In this document: positions 29,418 through 41,195 of the stretch, piece by piece
Layout of the letters: every line of letters begins with the position of its first letter
How positions within the stretch are numbered: the first letter of the stretch is position 1
NCBI GenBank assembly: GCA_964016885.1
Contig: OZ024747.1
Coordinates: forward strand, 17,422,001 to 17,486,000
Direction: 5' to 3'
DNA: 64,000 bases
From: Eledone cirrhosa
Lineage: Eukaryota
The notes under the pieces: generated by a model
Told to the model about the DNA's origin: nothing
The model's database searches: none
What the model saw: only the letters and a program-made list of their open reading frames with translations
Program-made: the position numbers and the translations under genes

Positions 29418-30831
29418 ATTTCTATATTAAATATCTTTATTTACGTGTCCCAACGACTTTTTTTAGCCGTTGTTCGCACCAACCCGAGGCATATGGCCCT
29501 TAAAGCGATGAAATGCCCAGGACGGTTGGAGGGTCACTGATGAAGGACTCACTTTTTCATATGTATCCCATTTGCAACGCCGCAGCTCCATTATTATCAT
29601 ATATATATATATATATACACACACAACTATTAGTGAGTGCACTGCTACATATATATACATACGTGTGGCTGTGTGTGTGGGTTTGTGGGGGTGCCTATGT
29701 TTGTGAGTGTATGTATGTTTTGTATGCGTTTGTATTTGTCATTTGTTTTGAGTTATCTCGATGTTGGGTAGTGTTATGAGAAAGGACTTATATATGTATG
29801 TATTGGTGTGCGTATATTTACACAGAGTATGATATAGATTTTTTTCTCTTATTCACTAACTCTAGTGATCGTCAATGGCCAGATTAATTGATTGATCTCT
29901 ATATTATAATGTTCTTTTTACGTTTGTTTTAGTAGTTTAAACATATATTTAGTTCATAATGAATATATCAAATCTTGACAATTCTAAGTGTTTGCTTTTT
30001 GTAATTACATCTTTTTCGGCATTAATAAAAGTGATCTGAATAGAACCCTATAAAATTGTATAAATAAATATATTTATACAGCTTTATATAGACTTAAGAA
30101 CACAAAATGGATAGTGTTTAATCTAAAGTATATCTTCATTCATTTTCAGCTCATAACCTCTCGTTTTTTTTTTTCTTCGTGTGTCTATTCATTTACGAAA
30201 GTACATTTTACTTTATTTTGTCACAGTTCACCAATCTCGCAGGAAATTGTACAGGTCTGATTATCCGGTAATTAAAAGGGAAATCGATTTAGCTACTAGA
30301 TCGAAGTTAATGATAAAGCATAGCCTTACCTATAAATGGCGGAATAGAACTAAAATGTCAAACGGCGGAATAGAACTAAAATATCAAACTATATAGGCTA
30401 GTTTAATAGTTCTATATTCTAGAAAGTAGTGTATTAAATGTAGTCATTGAGTTACTTTAGATGTATCCCTGAACAGGATTTCCATACATCTATCTTCCTT
30501 TCTCTCATTTTTCTCTCACTTTTGTTCTGTCGTCTTTTTTCTTCCCGTCCTCTTCATCCCATCCCCTAAATTCGGTATGTAGCAGAACCTCTTTTGTTAA
30601 GTTTCACCACTTAACCCCATTCCTTTGACGAAAGTCTAATTTTTTTACATTTTTTCTTCATTAACATTTTGGACAATAAATTTTCCTTTCCATTTATAGT
30701 TTTCTTATTATCTTTTGTGTATCTTACCAACAATCATTCTCTCATCTGTTGCACAAAACGGCATTATAAGTGCGCAGAATTGCAAGTTAACAAGTTGGCT
30801 GACAAGTAGGCTTCTGTGTAGATTTAATACA

Positions 30832-30872
<41 letters not shown>

Positions 30873-30877
30873 CATGA

Positions 30878-31232
30878 TGGCTGCCCCCTCGTTATCGAGT
30901 AAGGCCATTGCACGATGTACCATTATTAATAAGTATTAATTAATTCTATCGTGCAATGCCTGTGCGTGAAGATATTTTTTAAAGTGAGGAAAGACTGTGC
31001 ACTGAGCCAATCCCACTCTCTGAGCGACAGTAGCTGTAACCCGAAAAGGAGAAATCGGTTACTACTAAGCCGCAGGTTTAATATCGGAGTTATCCCAGTT
31101 TTCTGAGTTGCCTTCTCCTAGAATCTAGGAGAAGGCAACTCAGGACCTAGAAGAATGCCCTGACAAAGGCTAGGGGTCCTTCACTCCCAGTAGTTTAACC
31201 GCGTGATCGGGTGTCCAGCCCGACTATTTCTA
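30878..31232. mobile_element. Interspersed repeat (probably RTE-type LINE 5' region) containing a 20-bp perfect hairpin at 31103-31143
   Basis: Shares tagcctttgtca.ggca and ctaggagaagg.aactc in opposite orientation with 50079-50122. Confidence 0.45.
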
Positions 31233-31741
31233 TGTCCCCGCGTATATACATACGCATGCACCCATGTATATACACACATACATATGCATACATATGTACA
31301 TGTGTATACATACATACATACATACATACATACATACATACATACATACATACATACACACATACATACATACACACATACATACATACATATATACATA
31401 TATATATATGGGGGGGGGGGGGGGTTATCATGTTTAATATAGAAATGAACTCTACAGGACTATAATTGTTTCTTTCTAAGTATGGTAATTAATAAGACAT
31501 TAACTACTGATTCTTTCGTCACAAATTCTAGATGAAATTTCCTTCGGGACAAGTAATCACGATAAGGAAGATATTTTACGTAAAGTACTGTCAACATGAT
31601 ATTTCTATCTGTTTCCTATTATATCACCTGATTACATTATCAATCATGCCGATGTATATATCTCTCTGAAATGATTTTTGCAGGCACATGTATGCATGTG
31701 TGTATGTGTCTTATTGTGTATTTATTATATATGTTTGTGTA

Positions 31742-32190
31742 GGGCGGTGGATTGGCAGTATCGGTAGAGGATCGGACGTCATGCTTTGCAGCATAGAGTT
31801 ACGGCCCTTTATGATCTGAGTTCAAATCCCGCCGAGGTTAACTTTGCCTTTCATCCTTACGGGGTCGATAAAATAAAGTATCAGTCAAGCACTGGGGTCG
31901 ATTTAATCGCCCCCCCCCCAAAAAAAAAGTTACTGGACTTGTGCCTATATAAGAAGCCATTATATTTTTAGGGTGGTGGATTGACAGTATCAGTAGAGGG
32001 TCGGACGCCATGCTTTTCAGCATAGAGTTACGGTCCTTTATGAGCTGAGGTCAATTCCCAACGAGGTTAAATTTGCCTTTCATCCTTACGGGGTCGATAA
32101 AATAAAGTACCAATCACACAGTGAGATCGATTAAATCTACTTTTTCTCCCCCAAAATTTCTGGCCTTGTGCCTATATAAGTAACCATTAT
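31742..32190 (+). mobile_element. Two tandem tRNA-derived SINEs (31742-31965, 31971-32190)
   Basis: Same family as 23620-23806. Confidence 0.88.
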
Positions 32191-32880
32191 ATATGTTTGT
32201 GTGTGAGTGTGTGAGTGTGTGAGTGTGTGTGTGTGTGTGTGAGTGTGTGAGTGAGTGTGTGAGTGTGTGTGTGTGTGTGTGTCTGTCTGTGTGTGTGTCT
32301 GTGTATGTGTGTATGTGTATGTGTGTGTGTGTGTGTATATGTGTGTGTGTAGGTGTGTGTGTATGTGTGTGTGTATGTGTGTGTGTGTGTTTGTGTGTGT
32401 ATGTGTGTGTGTGTGTGTGTATGTCTGTATGTATATGTGTGTGTGTGTGTGTTCGAGGAAGAGTAACCAAATATAATTTAAGTGCCGGAGTAAAACAGTT
32501 TCCTAACAAGCCAAGCTAGATAATATGCAGTGAAATGTAAAGCGCGAAAACCATTATAGAAAGAGACGAGAAATAACAACAGAAAATATATTAGTGATGA
32601 TGGGCGTGACTGAGTAAGATAGCGAACATTAATGAGTGAAAGACATTGAATCATAATTTTCTTATTTGAATGGACGCCAAAAAGAGTGCGGAAGAGCGGA
32701 AACGATGGTCGATACGCGCACTTGCGGTGTAAAAAGCAGAAAATATATATACACACATACACACACAGCCATACACATACACACATACACATACACACAC
32801 TCACACACACATGTATATATATATGTATATATATATATATACATATATAATATATATATAATATATATATATAATAAAAA

Positions 32881-33080
32881 ATCTTTACCTGGGTCCTGTA
32901 TTTTCGTTGCTCTAGTGATGCGGTCGGACTGCCGACTTCTATATCTAATTTGCTAAGCTGTCTGAACATAATGTTATACTCTGGGGTCTTACCTCATATG
33001 AGTGCTAAAGCTACAAACCGAATAAACATACACGCTAGCTTGGCCGTATACTAGAGCTTCGTCTATGCTGTACTAAAATT
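32881..33080 (+). mobile_element. Family F4 element (no inverted arm), structured non-coding sequence
   Basis: Colinear with the minus strand of 28160-28400, with compensatory changes. ACTC 32978 ... TATGAGTGC ending 33005. (TA)n flanks. Confidence 0.7.
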
Positions 33081-33244
33081 TATAATATATATATATATAT
33101 TAATTATTTATTTATATATATATATATATTTATATATATATTATTTATATATATACATATTTATATATATATTATTTATATATATATATACATATTTATA
33201 TATATATTATTTATATATATATATATACATATATACATATATAA

Positions 33245-33550
33245 CATAATTGTTTCTACTTTAGGCACAAGGCCAGCAAATACCAAGTGCATTACTGGTA
33301 CTTTATTTTATCGACCCCGTAAGGATGAAAGGCAAATTCAACCTCGGCGGGATTTGAACTCAGATCGTAAAGGGACGTAACTATGCTGGAAAGCATGGCG
33401 TCCGACCCTCTACCGATACTGCCAATCCACCGCCGTTATACATATAAAACATAATTGTTTCTAGTTTTGGCACAAGGCCAGCAATTACCCAGTATATTAC
33501 TGGTACTTTATTTTATCGACCTCTGTATGGATGAAAGGCAAAGTTAACAT
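33245..33550 (-). mobile_element. tRNA-derived SINE (33245-33435) plus a 5'-truncated copy (33450-33550)
   Basis: Reverse complement of the 23620 family. Confidence 0.88.
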
Positions 33551-33819
33551 AATAATCGATGAAGTCATTTGTATGTGGCCGTGCTTGATTATGGCGCCTT
33601 CTGTGTTGATATCCGATTATATTCAGATCAGTAAGTAGTTCATTCTGATAATAACTTTAAATAATTCTATGTATCAAACCATTAATTTAGAGGCCCTAGA
33701 GTAAATAAAATAAACATCATCATTGCCTATGAAACTGCTTAAAGTATGACCTAAATCTTAGATATAAACTCGTAAATATATATATATATATATATTTATT
33801 ATATATACATTATATATAT

Positions 33820-35890
33820 TACGTGAATGGATTTTACTGCCCAGAAGACTCATTCAAGGCGATTCCACTTTACGTCACTATGTCTGAAACTTTCAGTTTC
33901 TCACGATTTTGTAAGCAAACCAAAATTCATCTCCAGAACGTCTAGTTTCCTCATCGAAGAACTTAATTATTTAAAACGGTAGTATGGAACGTAAACTTTA
34001 AATGTAGCTGTTTTTGTCACATCACCAGTCTGAAGAGCAGATCGATACTGGAGTCAGGTCCATAGTTCCTATGGGTGGCCTTGAGCCAATCCTCTGCGAA
34101 AGTCACGTAACAGCTCGATACGCAATACATATTTTTCATATGTAAACGAAACTTCCTCGAGTGTCTCACTAAGACAGAGGTTGCAAATACCAGATTCGCC
34201 TCTGTCTGGGGGAACCTTTCTAACCACGGACCAGACCAGAGAGTGCGGTGTCTTTTCAAGTTTGAGTTTCCAGATCAATTCAGAAACGGTCGTACATTTC
34301 CTCTTATCTATTCTGTTAAAGGAATGGCGATAGTTATACCACCGATCTTTGAAGCTCGTCGCTGTGGATCCTATGTAGTGGTGCTCCGAGTTAGGGGTTG
34401 TGACCTAACTCGGAGCACCACTACGTTTTTCGTCATGCATTCATTACTAAGGGGGCATAGTGATGGGTCTCTGCAATTACATGACTTCTTAAGCCCCACC
34501 ACATGTACCGCGTGATTACCATCACTCGGGGTTGACTGAGTAGCCTCCGCAATCAGCACAGGGTCGTTGGGTTCCGGTGTGCTAGCTGGGACTGTCCGGG
34601 TTCGGTGGCGTCCCGCGTGCTGCTTCTGATGGGTGGCTCCGGGGTTTACGGTGGTATTAGAGGCAGTGAGTCTATTCCTATTTATGCCAGCTATGTGCTG
34701 GGCTACGGAGCGTGAGGTTGAGAAGGAAAGTTTCACCGTGTGCCTAGGGAAACATTTATCCAGTACTCTAAAGAATGTTCTAGCCAGGCTGGTACGTAGA
34801 CCCACCGAGTACGGAGGGTTATACCATGTGACCTTCCTGGTCTTATTCTTGCAGGGTTGGTGGGTGTCCGCCGTGGGCCATCGCGTGGTTGTGCACAGTT
34901 CAGGTCGAGCTCGGTTGGTGTCACTCAGGTGTGCGGAGCGGTCACTATCATGAGGGTTATATGGGCCCACCGTGGGGCTATAAACCTGCGAGGTGCGGCC
35001 TCCCTGCTCAATTAGGGTTCGGCGGGTGGTGGAGCCGGTGCAGGGGTGCCTATGATCCGCAGCACAGTGGTCTTCAGCGTTGTAGGTATTAAACCGGTGT
35101 GGTATGCGGGACCTTCTACCGGGGGTGGTGACGGATAGGGGTCTGGGAGTGTTACTACTGGTCAGCGAGGTGTTAAGTGGGCGACTCATGCTCCTGAGGG
35201 TATTGGTCCGGGGTACCCTTGGGTCATCTCGATCATGTCTCTTAGGGTTATAGCTGATCCTGTGGCTGTGGGACGCCTTAGCTAGCGCTGAGTTATAGTA
35301 ATGAGCGTTACTATTGAAGATCTCTTTATTAGCCGACAAGTTAGAGATCCTGTCATTGACACTCTTAACTACGGCCTTAACTAGGGTGATTAGACCCAGC
35401 GTTGATATACACCAGCTTCTCATTGGGTTTATGATATGGGTGGTATAGTTTGGTGTCGAGGTTGAGGGTGGTGTCCAGGAAATTCACTACTTTTCTATTG
35501 GGTTCCATCTCTACCTTAAGTCCTACCTTGCTAAAGAAGTGCCTAATTCTCTTCTTCATATGTTCGACCATTGTGGTGCTGTGAAGAGTGCGACGTCTCG
35601 GTACAGTCCGCCACCCAGGTTGGGTATTTCTCTCCTGATTTCCTAGAGTATGTATATCCCAACCAAGTCCGTTAGCTGCACGGAGTCACTGGAGCCCATT
35701 GTAATGTCAAAATTATTTGGCCAGTCGCTCCGGGTCCATATTTACCCCACCGAATCGGATCAGGGTCTTTCTAGCGGCGTGTATGATTCGGACCTCGTCG
35801 AGTGTTAGGTCTGTCCTATTCATCGCGAATATGAGTGCCTTGTTCAGGACTATGGGCGAGATAGAGGAGTAGTAATTGTTGATGTCTAGT
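33820..35890 (-). mobile_element. Decayed Penelope-like retroelement (RT + C-terminal GIY-YIG), Naiad-like, 5'-truncated in (TA)n
   Basis: LDINNYYSSIS, FDITMGSSDS, GLYRD, VNFLDTTLNL..YHPYHKPN..YINAGSNHP, VTWYNPPYS, TVKLSFS, CNCR..CPL, KNVV...HYIGSTATSFKDRW, IWKLK, CNLCLSE. Several frameshifts. A degenerate hammerhead follows the ORF. Confidence 0.88.
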
Positions 35891-36805
35891 ATATATATAT
35901 ATATATATATATACACGTGTGCGTTTATATCGTGTGTATGTTGCTGTGTGAATGTGTACGTGTCTGTTTGTGGTGGGTGGGTGTGAGTGAGTGAAAGAGA
36001 GAAGCAAAAGTGAGAGTGAGAGGGGGAGATTTGAAATTATTTGATAGATTTGTATTTATATTCAATTATTTGTATATATAGTTATTTATATTCATATTTA
36101 CATTTATAGTGGGTAATTATCATTTGGAAATATTTTATCTTTTTCTCTCTCGAAAAACGTGATTTTATATGAATTATAACTAATAAATTTGAATTTGAAA
36201 TATTTAATATATTCCAGTCGAATCTCAATCATAATATACAAAGTAAACGTGAGATTTCTAAAATATATTAACTACATACTTATTAATTCATTTGTCTGAT
36301 TCCTCGGGTTATATATTTTGCATTTTTATTTCCTTTAGGATTAATTTGATTTTGTTCTTATTCATATCAACGGAACGTATTAGGAATACTGCTTGCAATT
36401 TAGTATTTCAATAGATTTAATATTTAGTATCTAAATAGATAGATAGAATATAAATTTGATTTAATATTGTTAAAAATCGATGGAGGGATTTAAAATTCGC
36501 TATGAAGATAAGGTTCATGACTATATTATCTGTCTATAACCGATGCCTCGTGTTATAAAATGACACATACGTCCATAATGTACTAATATAAGACGAGTTG
36601 TCAGGAACTTTGATGCGTTAATAGGCCATTCTGGTTGTTTGGCATGCTAGAATTAGCATTCAAATCTGATTCTCATCAGACCCTACGAACCTTTAAAATA
36701 TGACGGGTACGTTCAACAGCTTTCAATAATAAGTAGGACAAAAAGTTAACCTAATCAAGGACCGAAAATTAAGAATTCGATACTGATGGTTTGTTGTCCT
36801 CTAAG

Positions 36806-37050
<245 letters not shown>

Positions 37051-37351
37051 CCTTTAACAGATCGTGTGGCAGCATAAAAGAGTGACTCGGGATAGATATC
37101 CAACCACTAATTAGATATGTAATCAAATATGTATATGATGCAACACTGATTCTTTGTTCTCTTATATATATATATTGTTATACTTGGGGAGGGTCATATT
37201 GTTGTAATATTGCCAGACATAATAACAGAACACACTCACTGTTTGGTTGGTTTTCGCTTCTTTATCTTTTATAACTCCGTAGTTTATGTATTTGCCAATC
37301 AATCAATGTTTATCATTGACCAGCGGTTAAAAATACCGATATATATATATA

Positions 37352-37979
37352 TACTAGTATAGGAATTAAGAGTATTATGCAGTTCACAGTAATAATAATA
37401 ATATTAGCTCAAAGAAGAATAGAGAATTTTCTTCTGAGCTCAAATACAAATATATTACACAAATAGAAGTGTGTTACACAGTGAAATGTGTGTAAAGGAT
37501 TATTACAAGTGATTTTTACCGTTACTGTATAGAAAACAATATCTACAAATTGCTGAGCTAATAAATTCGAATGGTTGGGCTGCTCTCTCTAGCATTTTCC
37601 CCAATCCATGAGAACCGTTATTTAATGCAAATAACACGTGATTCCTCCCTACCCTGGGCAGCGTGTATATATGCTTTCTCTCTATCCATGAGGTTAGATG
37701 TGTAGTAAACAGAATCCACATTTGCTTACTGATGAACCTGTGGCTGTTAAACTGCACATTTCTGTGGCGAAACGAACTTAATTCGTATCAGCAAACTTAC
37801 AGTTATAAGGTTAGTAATTTAAAACTATACTTCAGTGATTTGATTCTGACTTTGGTTTTTTTCTATTTAATTGCTAAACCTGTAGATATTGTTTTATATA
37901 CAGTAACGGTAAAAATCACTTGTAATAATCCTTTACACACATTTCACTGTGTAACTCACTTCTATTTGTGTAATATATT

Positions 37980-37982
<3 letters not shown>
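37352..37982. mobile_element. Fold-back PLE element, family F6 (~103-bp inverted arms, long spacer containing a hammerhead, tail on the left)
   Basis: Arms 37446-37547 / 37881-37982. Minus-strand tail GCTC agaagaa aattctcta ttcttct TT GAGC (37407-37439). Confidence 0.8.
37721..37795 (+). ncRNA. Type I hammerhead ribozyme (intact core)
   Basis: tttgctta CTGATGA [acctgtggctgttaaactgcacatttctgtggc] GAAA cgaa cttaa ttcg TA tcagcaaa. Confidence 0.82.
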
Positions 37983-38020
<38 letters not shown>

Positions 38021-38059
38021 AAATGTTATAATACCAGTTCCTCCGAAGGGTCTTTGGGG

Positions 38060-38215
38060 TAACGTTACTCAATAGAGTGCGTAGCTCGGAGATCAGCGAG
38101 TTACTCCGGATAGAGCTGCTACTTCTTTGAATTAAGAGATCACCGCTCCGATACTATGGAAATGTGTTAGAATGTTTCAGGAAAGGATTGCTGGACAGGT
38201 TTCAAAACCAACAGA
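38060..38215 (+). mobile_element. RTE-clade LINE fragment
   Basis: Translates RVRSSEISELLRIELLLL.IKRSPLRYYGNV.RM-like, matching the RTE C-terminal LRWYGHV region. Confidence 0.6.
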
Positions 38216-39093
38216 AGATGAAGGAGAAGGAGAATGAAAAAAAAGATAATACCATTTCGTTTTTCTTGATAAAAAAAATCATCTGTTTTATAAACATGTC
38301 TAAATCTAAAAGAAAATTAAATACGCTCAAATTCGTTCGTTTGATGAAAAACAAATTTTAATGTGTCTGTGAAAACATCCAGCCTAACTTTTGAAAAAGA
38401 ACTTTGCTTGCTTAATATAAATACTTTTAGATAACAGAGTATCAAATATATGCATGAGGTATCCCGAACAGATAGACAACCAAACAAACATTTCTTTACT
38501 TACTTCCTACTCCAGCTTACATGATTAGCAATTTTGTATATTGCTAAAGGGATTGGATGCTTTCAAGAGACTATATCTAATAGAAATGAATCCAAAATAA
38601 ACATACTTATATATTTGAGGGCATAGTATGGACAGAATCTATAAGAGGGGTGCCAGAATGGTACGAGAATTATATACTCTATATTAAGAGCGGGAATATA
38701 TGACGTTCCACGCGATCAAAAACAAAACTGAGCATTAATTAGTTACAATCAGTTCGAATCTAGGATCGAATTTCTCGTCCGATGTAATGGATATTAGAGA
38801 CGGAATATTTTCATTTTCTTATTTTAAACTGTGTCTGGTGAGCAAATCGATGCAATAGCCGAACTGATTGTGTCCGATTAATTCTCCTAGCTGGTCATTT
38901 ACAGAACGTGATTCGTGTAATTACGAATAAAATATGTTGAACTGAAACTTCGATCTCTTTCTTAATATAAACACTGCATATTTCGCCAATAACAAACAGA
39001 TGTCAGTGCAAATATATATTTTAACACATACAAGTATTAAGTGCTGAAAGAGGTACCACTTGAATTAATTCGTACTACTCACTAACCACACAC

Positions 39094-39125
<32 letters not shown>

Positions 39126-39127
39126 AC

Positions 39128-39167
<40 letters not shown>

Positions 39168-39194
39168 AGAGGAGAGAGAGAGAGAGATAGATAG

Positions 39195-39385
39195 ATATAT
39201 TAGAGAGTCGGGGCCCGATGGCTAAGTTCATAACGTTTCGACAGCACATTACAGATGCTGTCGAAACAGCAAGAGCTCAGCCGTCGTGCCCCGATTCACT
39301 AATATATTTACACTCTACTATCCCAAGCGTCGAGTCTTTTCCTGAATAATGGTCTTACTAGTTTAAAGCTGATACTCCTGATCTC
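39195..39385. mobile_element. Fold-back element of family F2 containing the 3' half of a hammerhead plus tail
   Basis: Imperfect inverted repeat atatattagagagtcggggc..gtttcgacagca / tgctgtcGAAAc..agccgTCgtgccccgattcactaatatat, then ttac ACTC 39312 ... TC GAGTC 39336. Confidence 0.65.
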
Positions 39386-39413
39386 TCTTGCTCTCTCTCT
39401 CTCTCTCTCTTTC

Positions 39414-39444
<31 letters not shown>

Positions 39445-39847
39445 GGGGATGGCGAAACGTCAACAAAGAAAAGCAAGGGTGGAGAATTATTCACTACAAT
39501 GATACAGTAGGAAAAGATCAACACAGAAATGAGAGGTAGAAGAAGAAATAAAATATACACGAGAGTAAAAAAGTGACAAAATGGATTTTTCTCTCAGCAA
39601 GAACATACATGGGGAATGAGTCAGCCATTTTGAATGTATAAGGTTTCTTCATTCGACATCTAATCTTATACCGTTTCGATAGCAAATGAGAATTCCTATG
39701 AAAATACCTACATCCTACTTTCTTCAGCTATAGAGTACTAAGAGAAATAATGGTTTTGCTAGTCCTAACTAGTAATATTTTAGCCATCGCTGTCTTTCAC
39801 TTTCTCTTTCTCTCACACTGTCTCTATCTCCCTCTCTCGATATATAT

Positions 39848-40247
39848 ATATATTAAAATATAAGTATTAATAAAATAGATGTTCTTTTGATCAATTACAT
39901 TTTATTATACATATTTCGGATGTACAACAGTACATCCTCAACAGACAAAATATAATGATACATGACATACCCTGAGATGTTAATTGGCTAAGATTTAATC
40001 AAGGTAGTAAATCTTAACCATTTAACATCTCAGGGTATGTCATGTATCATTATATTTTGTCTGATAAGAACGTACTGTTGTACATCCGAAATATGTATAA
40101 TAAAATGTAATTGATCAAAAGAATATCCATTTTATTAATACTTATATTTTAATATTAATAACTCCAGAAAATTATTTTTTTCGTTGAGTGCTTCCAATCT
40201 ACTGTAAAACTCATTCTTTGACATAATCATTGAATTTTGTTTAACAA

Positions 40248-40252
<5 letters not shown>
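39848..40252. mobile_element. Fold-back PLE element, family F7 (~150-bp arms, tail on the right)
   Basis: Arms ~39850-39997 / 40007-40154. ACTC 40161 ... TT GAGTGC 40191. (TA)n flanks. Confidence 0.85.
40055..40105 (+). ncRNA. Type I hammerhead ribozyme (core mutated); mirror copy 39900-39950 on the minus strand
   Basis: Plus arm: ttttgt CTGATaA gaacgtac tgtt gtacatcc GAAA tatgta TA ataaaa. Minus arm: ttttgt CTGtTGA ggatgtac tgtt gtacatcc GAAA tatgta TA ataaaa. The consensus is canonical. Confidence 0.8.
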
Positions 40253-40308
<56 letters not shown>

Positions 40309-40954
40309 CTTGACGCCGCTATATGACCAACGTAACTAAGAACATTCTTACCCAGTCACAGTTGGTAACCAATAAAATCTAACTGGTTATAACAATAATG
40401 AGTCGATTTATACAGTCATATGATGTTGTTTTTTTATTGAAATTAATCTTGCTTAAGAAAATCTAATAACGAAGTCTACTCACACATCACAATTATCTAA
40501 CTAAATCTCTTTTCTCTCTTTCCCTTTCTCTGTAGTTGTTTTTGTTTTTCTTTCTTTTTTTCCGTTGACTTGCTTCAATAGTATTGATTGCTGAATCAGA
40601 CCTAGCCATGTGTCTGCACGAAAGTTATTTCATTCACATTATTCCATAGTATTATAAAATCATTACTACTTAATACGCTCTCTGTCATAATGTCAATGGT
40701 TTCTATTCTACTGATTTACAGCACAGTTTTATTTAATAAGTAATTGCATTCTATTTTCAGTTTCACACATTCTTGTTTTCCTTCATTTTCATATGAGTTT
40801 TCTTATTATTATGCATTTATTTTATTTTTGTTATATAGTTTTATTTTTTCCCCCCACTATATTTATTTTAAATGTAAAAAAAGGTTTAAGGTAATGCTAA
40901 AGTTAGGCATTATAATACAAGTGACATTGAGACTTTTGATATACTGATGGATCG

Positions 40955-41195
40955 TAGATTTATGGTTTGAGTGCTTGGTTCACGATTGTAAGGTCGTGAT
41001 TTCGATTCCGGGAAGCTTGTTGTGTCTTTCAGCAAATCATTATATTTCACGTGGCTCCAGTCCACTGGGCTAGAGAAAACTGTGTTGTGTCTGTAATCCA
41101 AAGCGACCGTCTTAACACACAGTCTCAGGCTGAATGCCGTTGAGAACAACGTTAAGTGTATACGTATCTTCGCCACTTGCACGTTAATTTCATGA
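40955..41195 (+). mobile_element. Second tRNA-derived SINE family
   Basis: tRNA-like head (tggtttgagtgcttgg...gatttcgattcc), then tgtgtctttcagcaa..ttcacgtggctccagtccact. Opposite-strand copies at 48780-48945 and 54780-55020. Confidence 0.75.

Noticed and set aside
29530-29560. Second CTGATGA downstream of the F5 hammerhead
   Set aside because: No compatible GAAA or stems found.
33820-34020. SECIS element in the PLE 3' region (some Naiad elements encode selenoproteins)
   Set aside because: No convincing AUGA/GA quartet with apical AA hairpin seen, and the ORF is too decayed to judge in-frame TGA.
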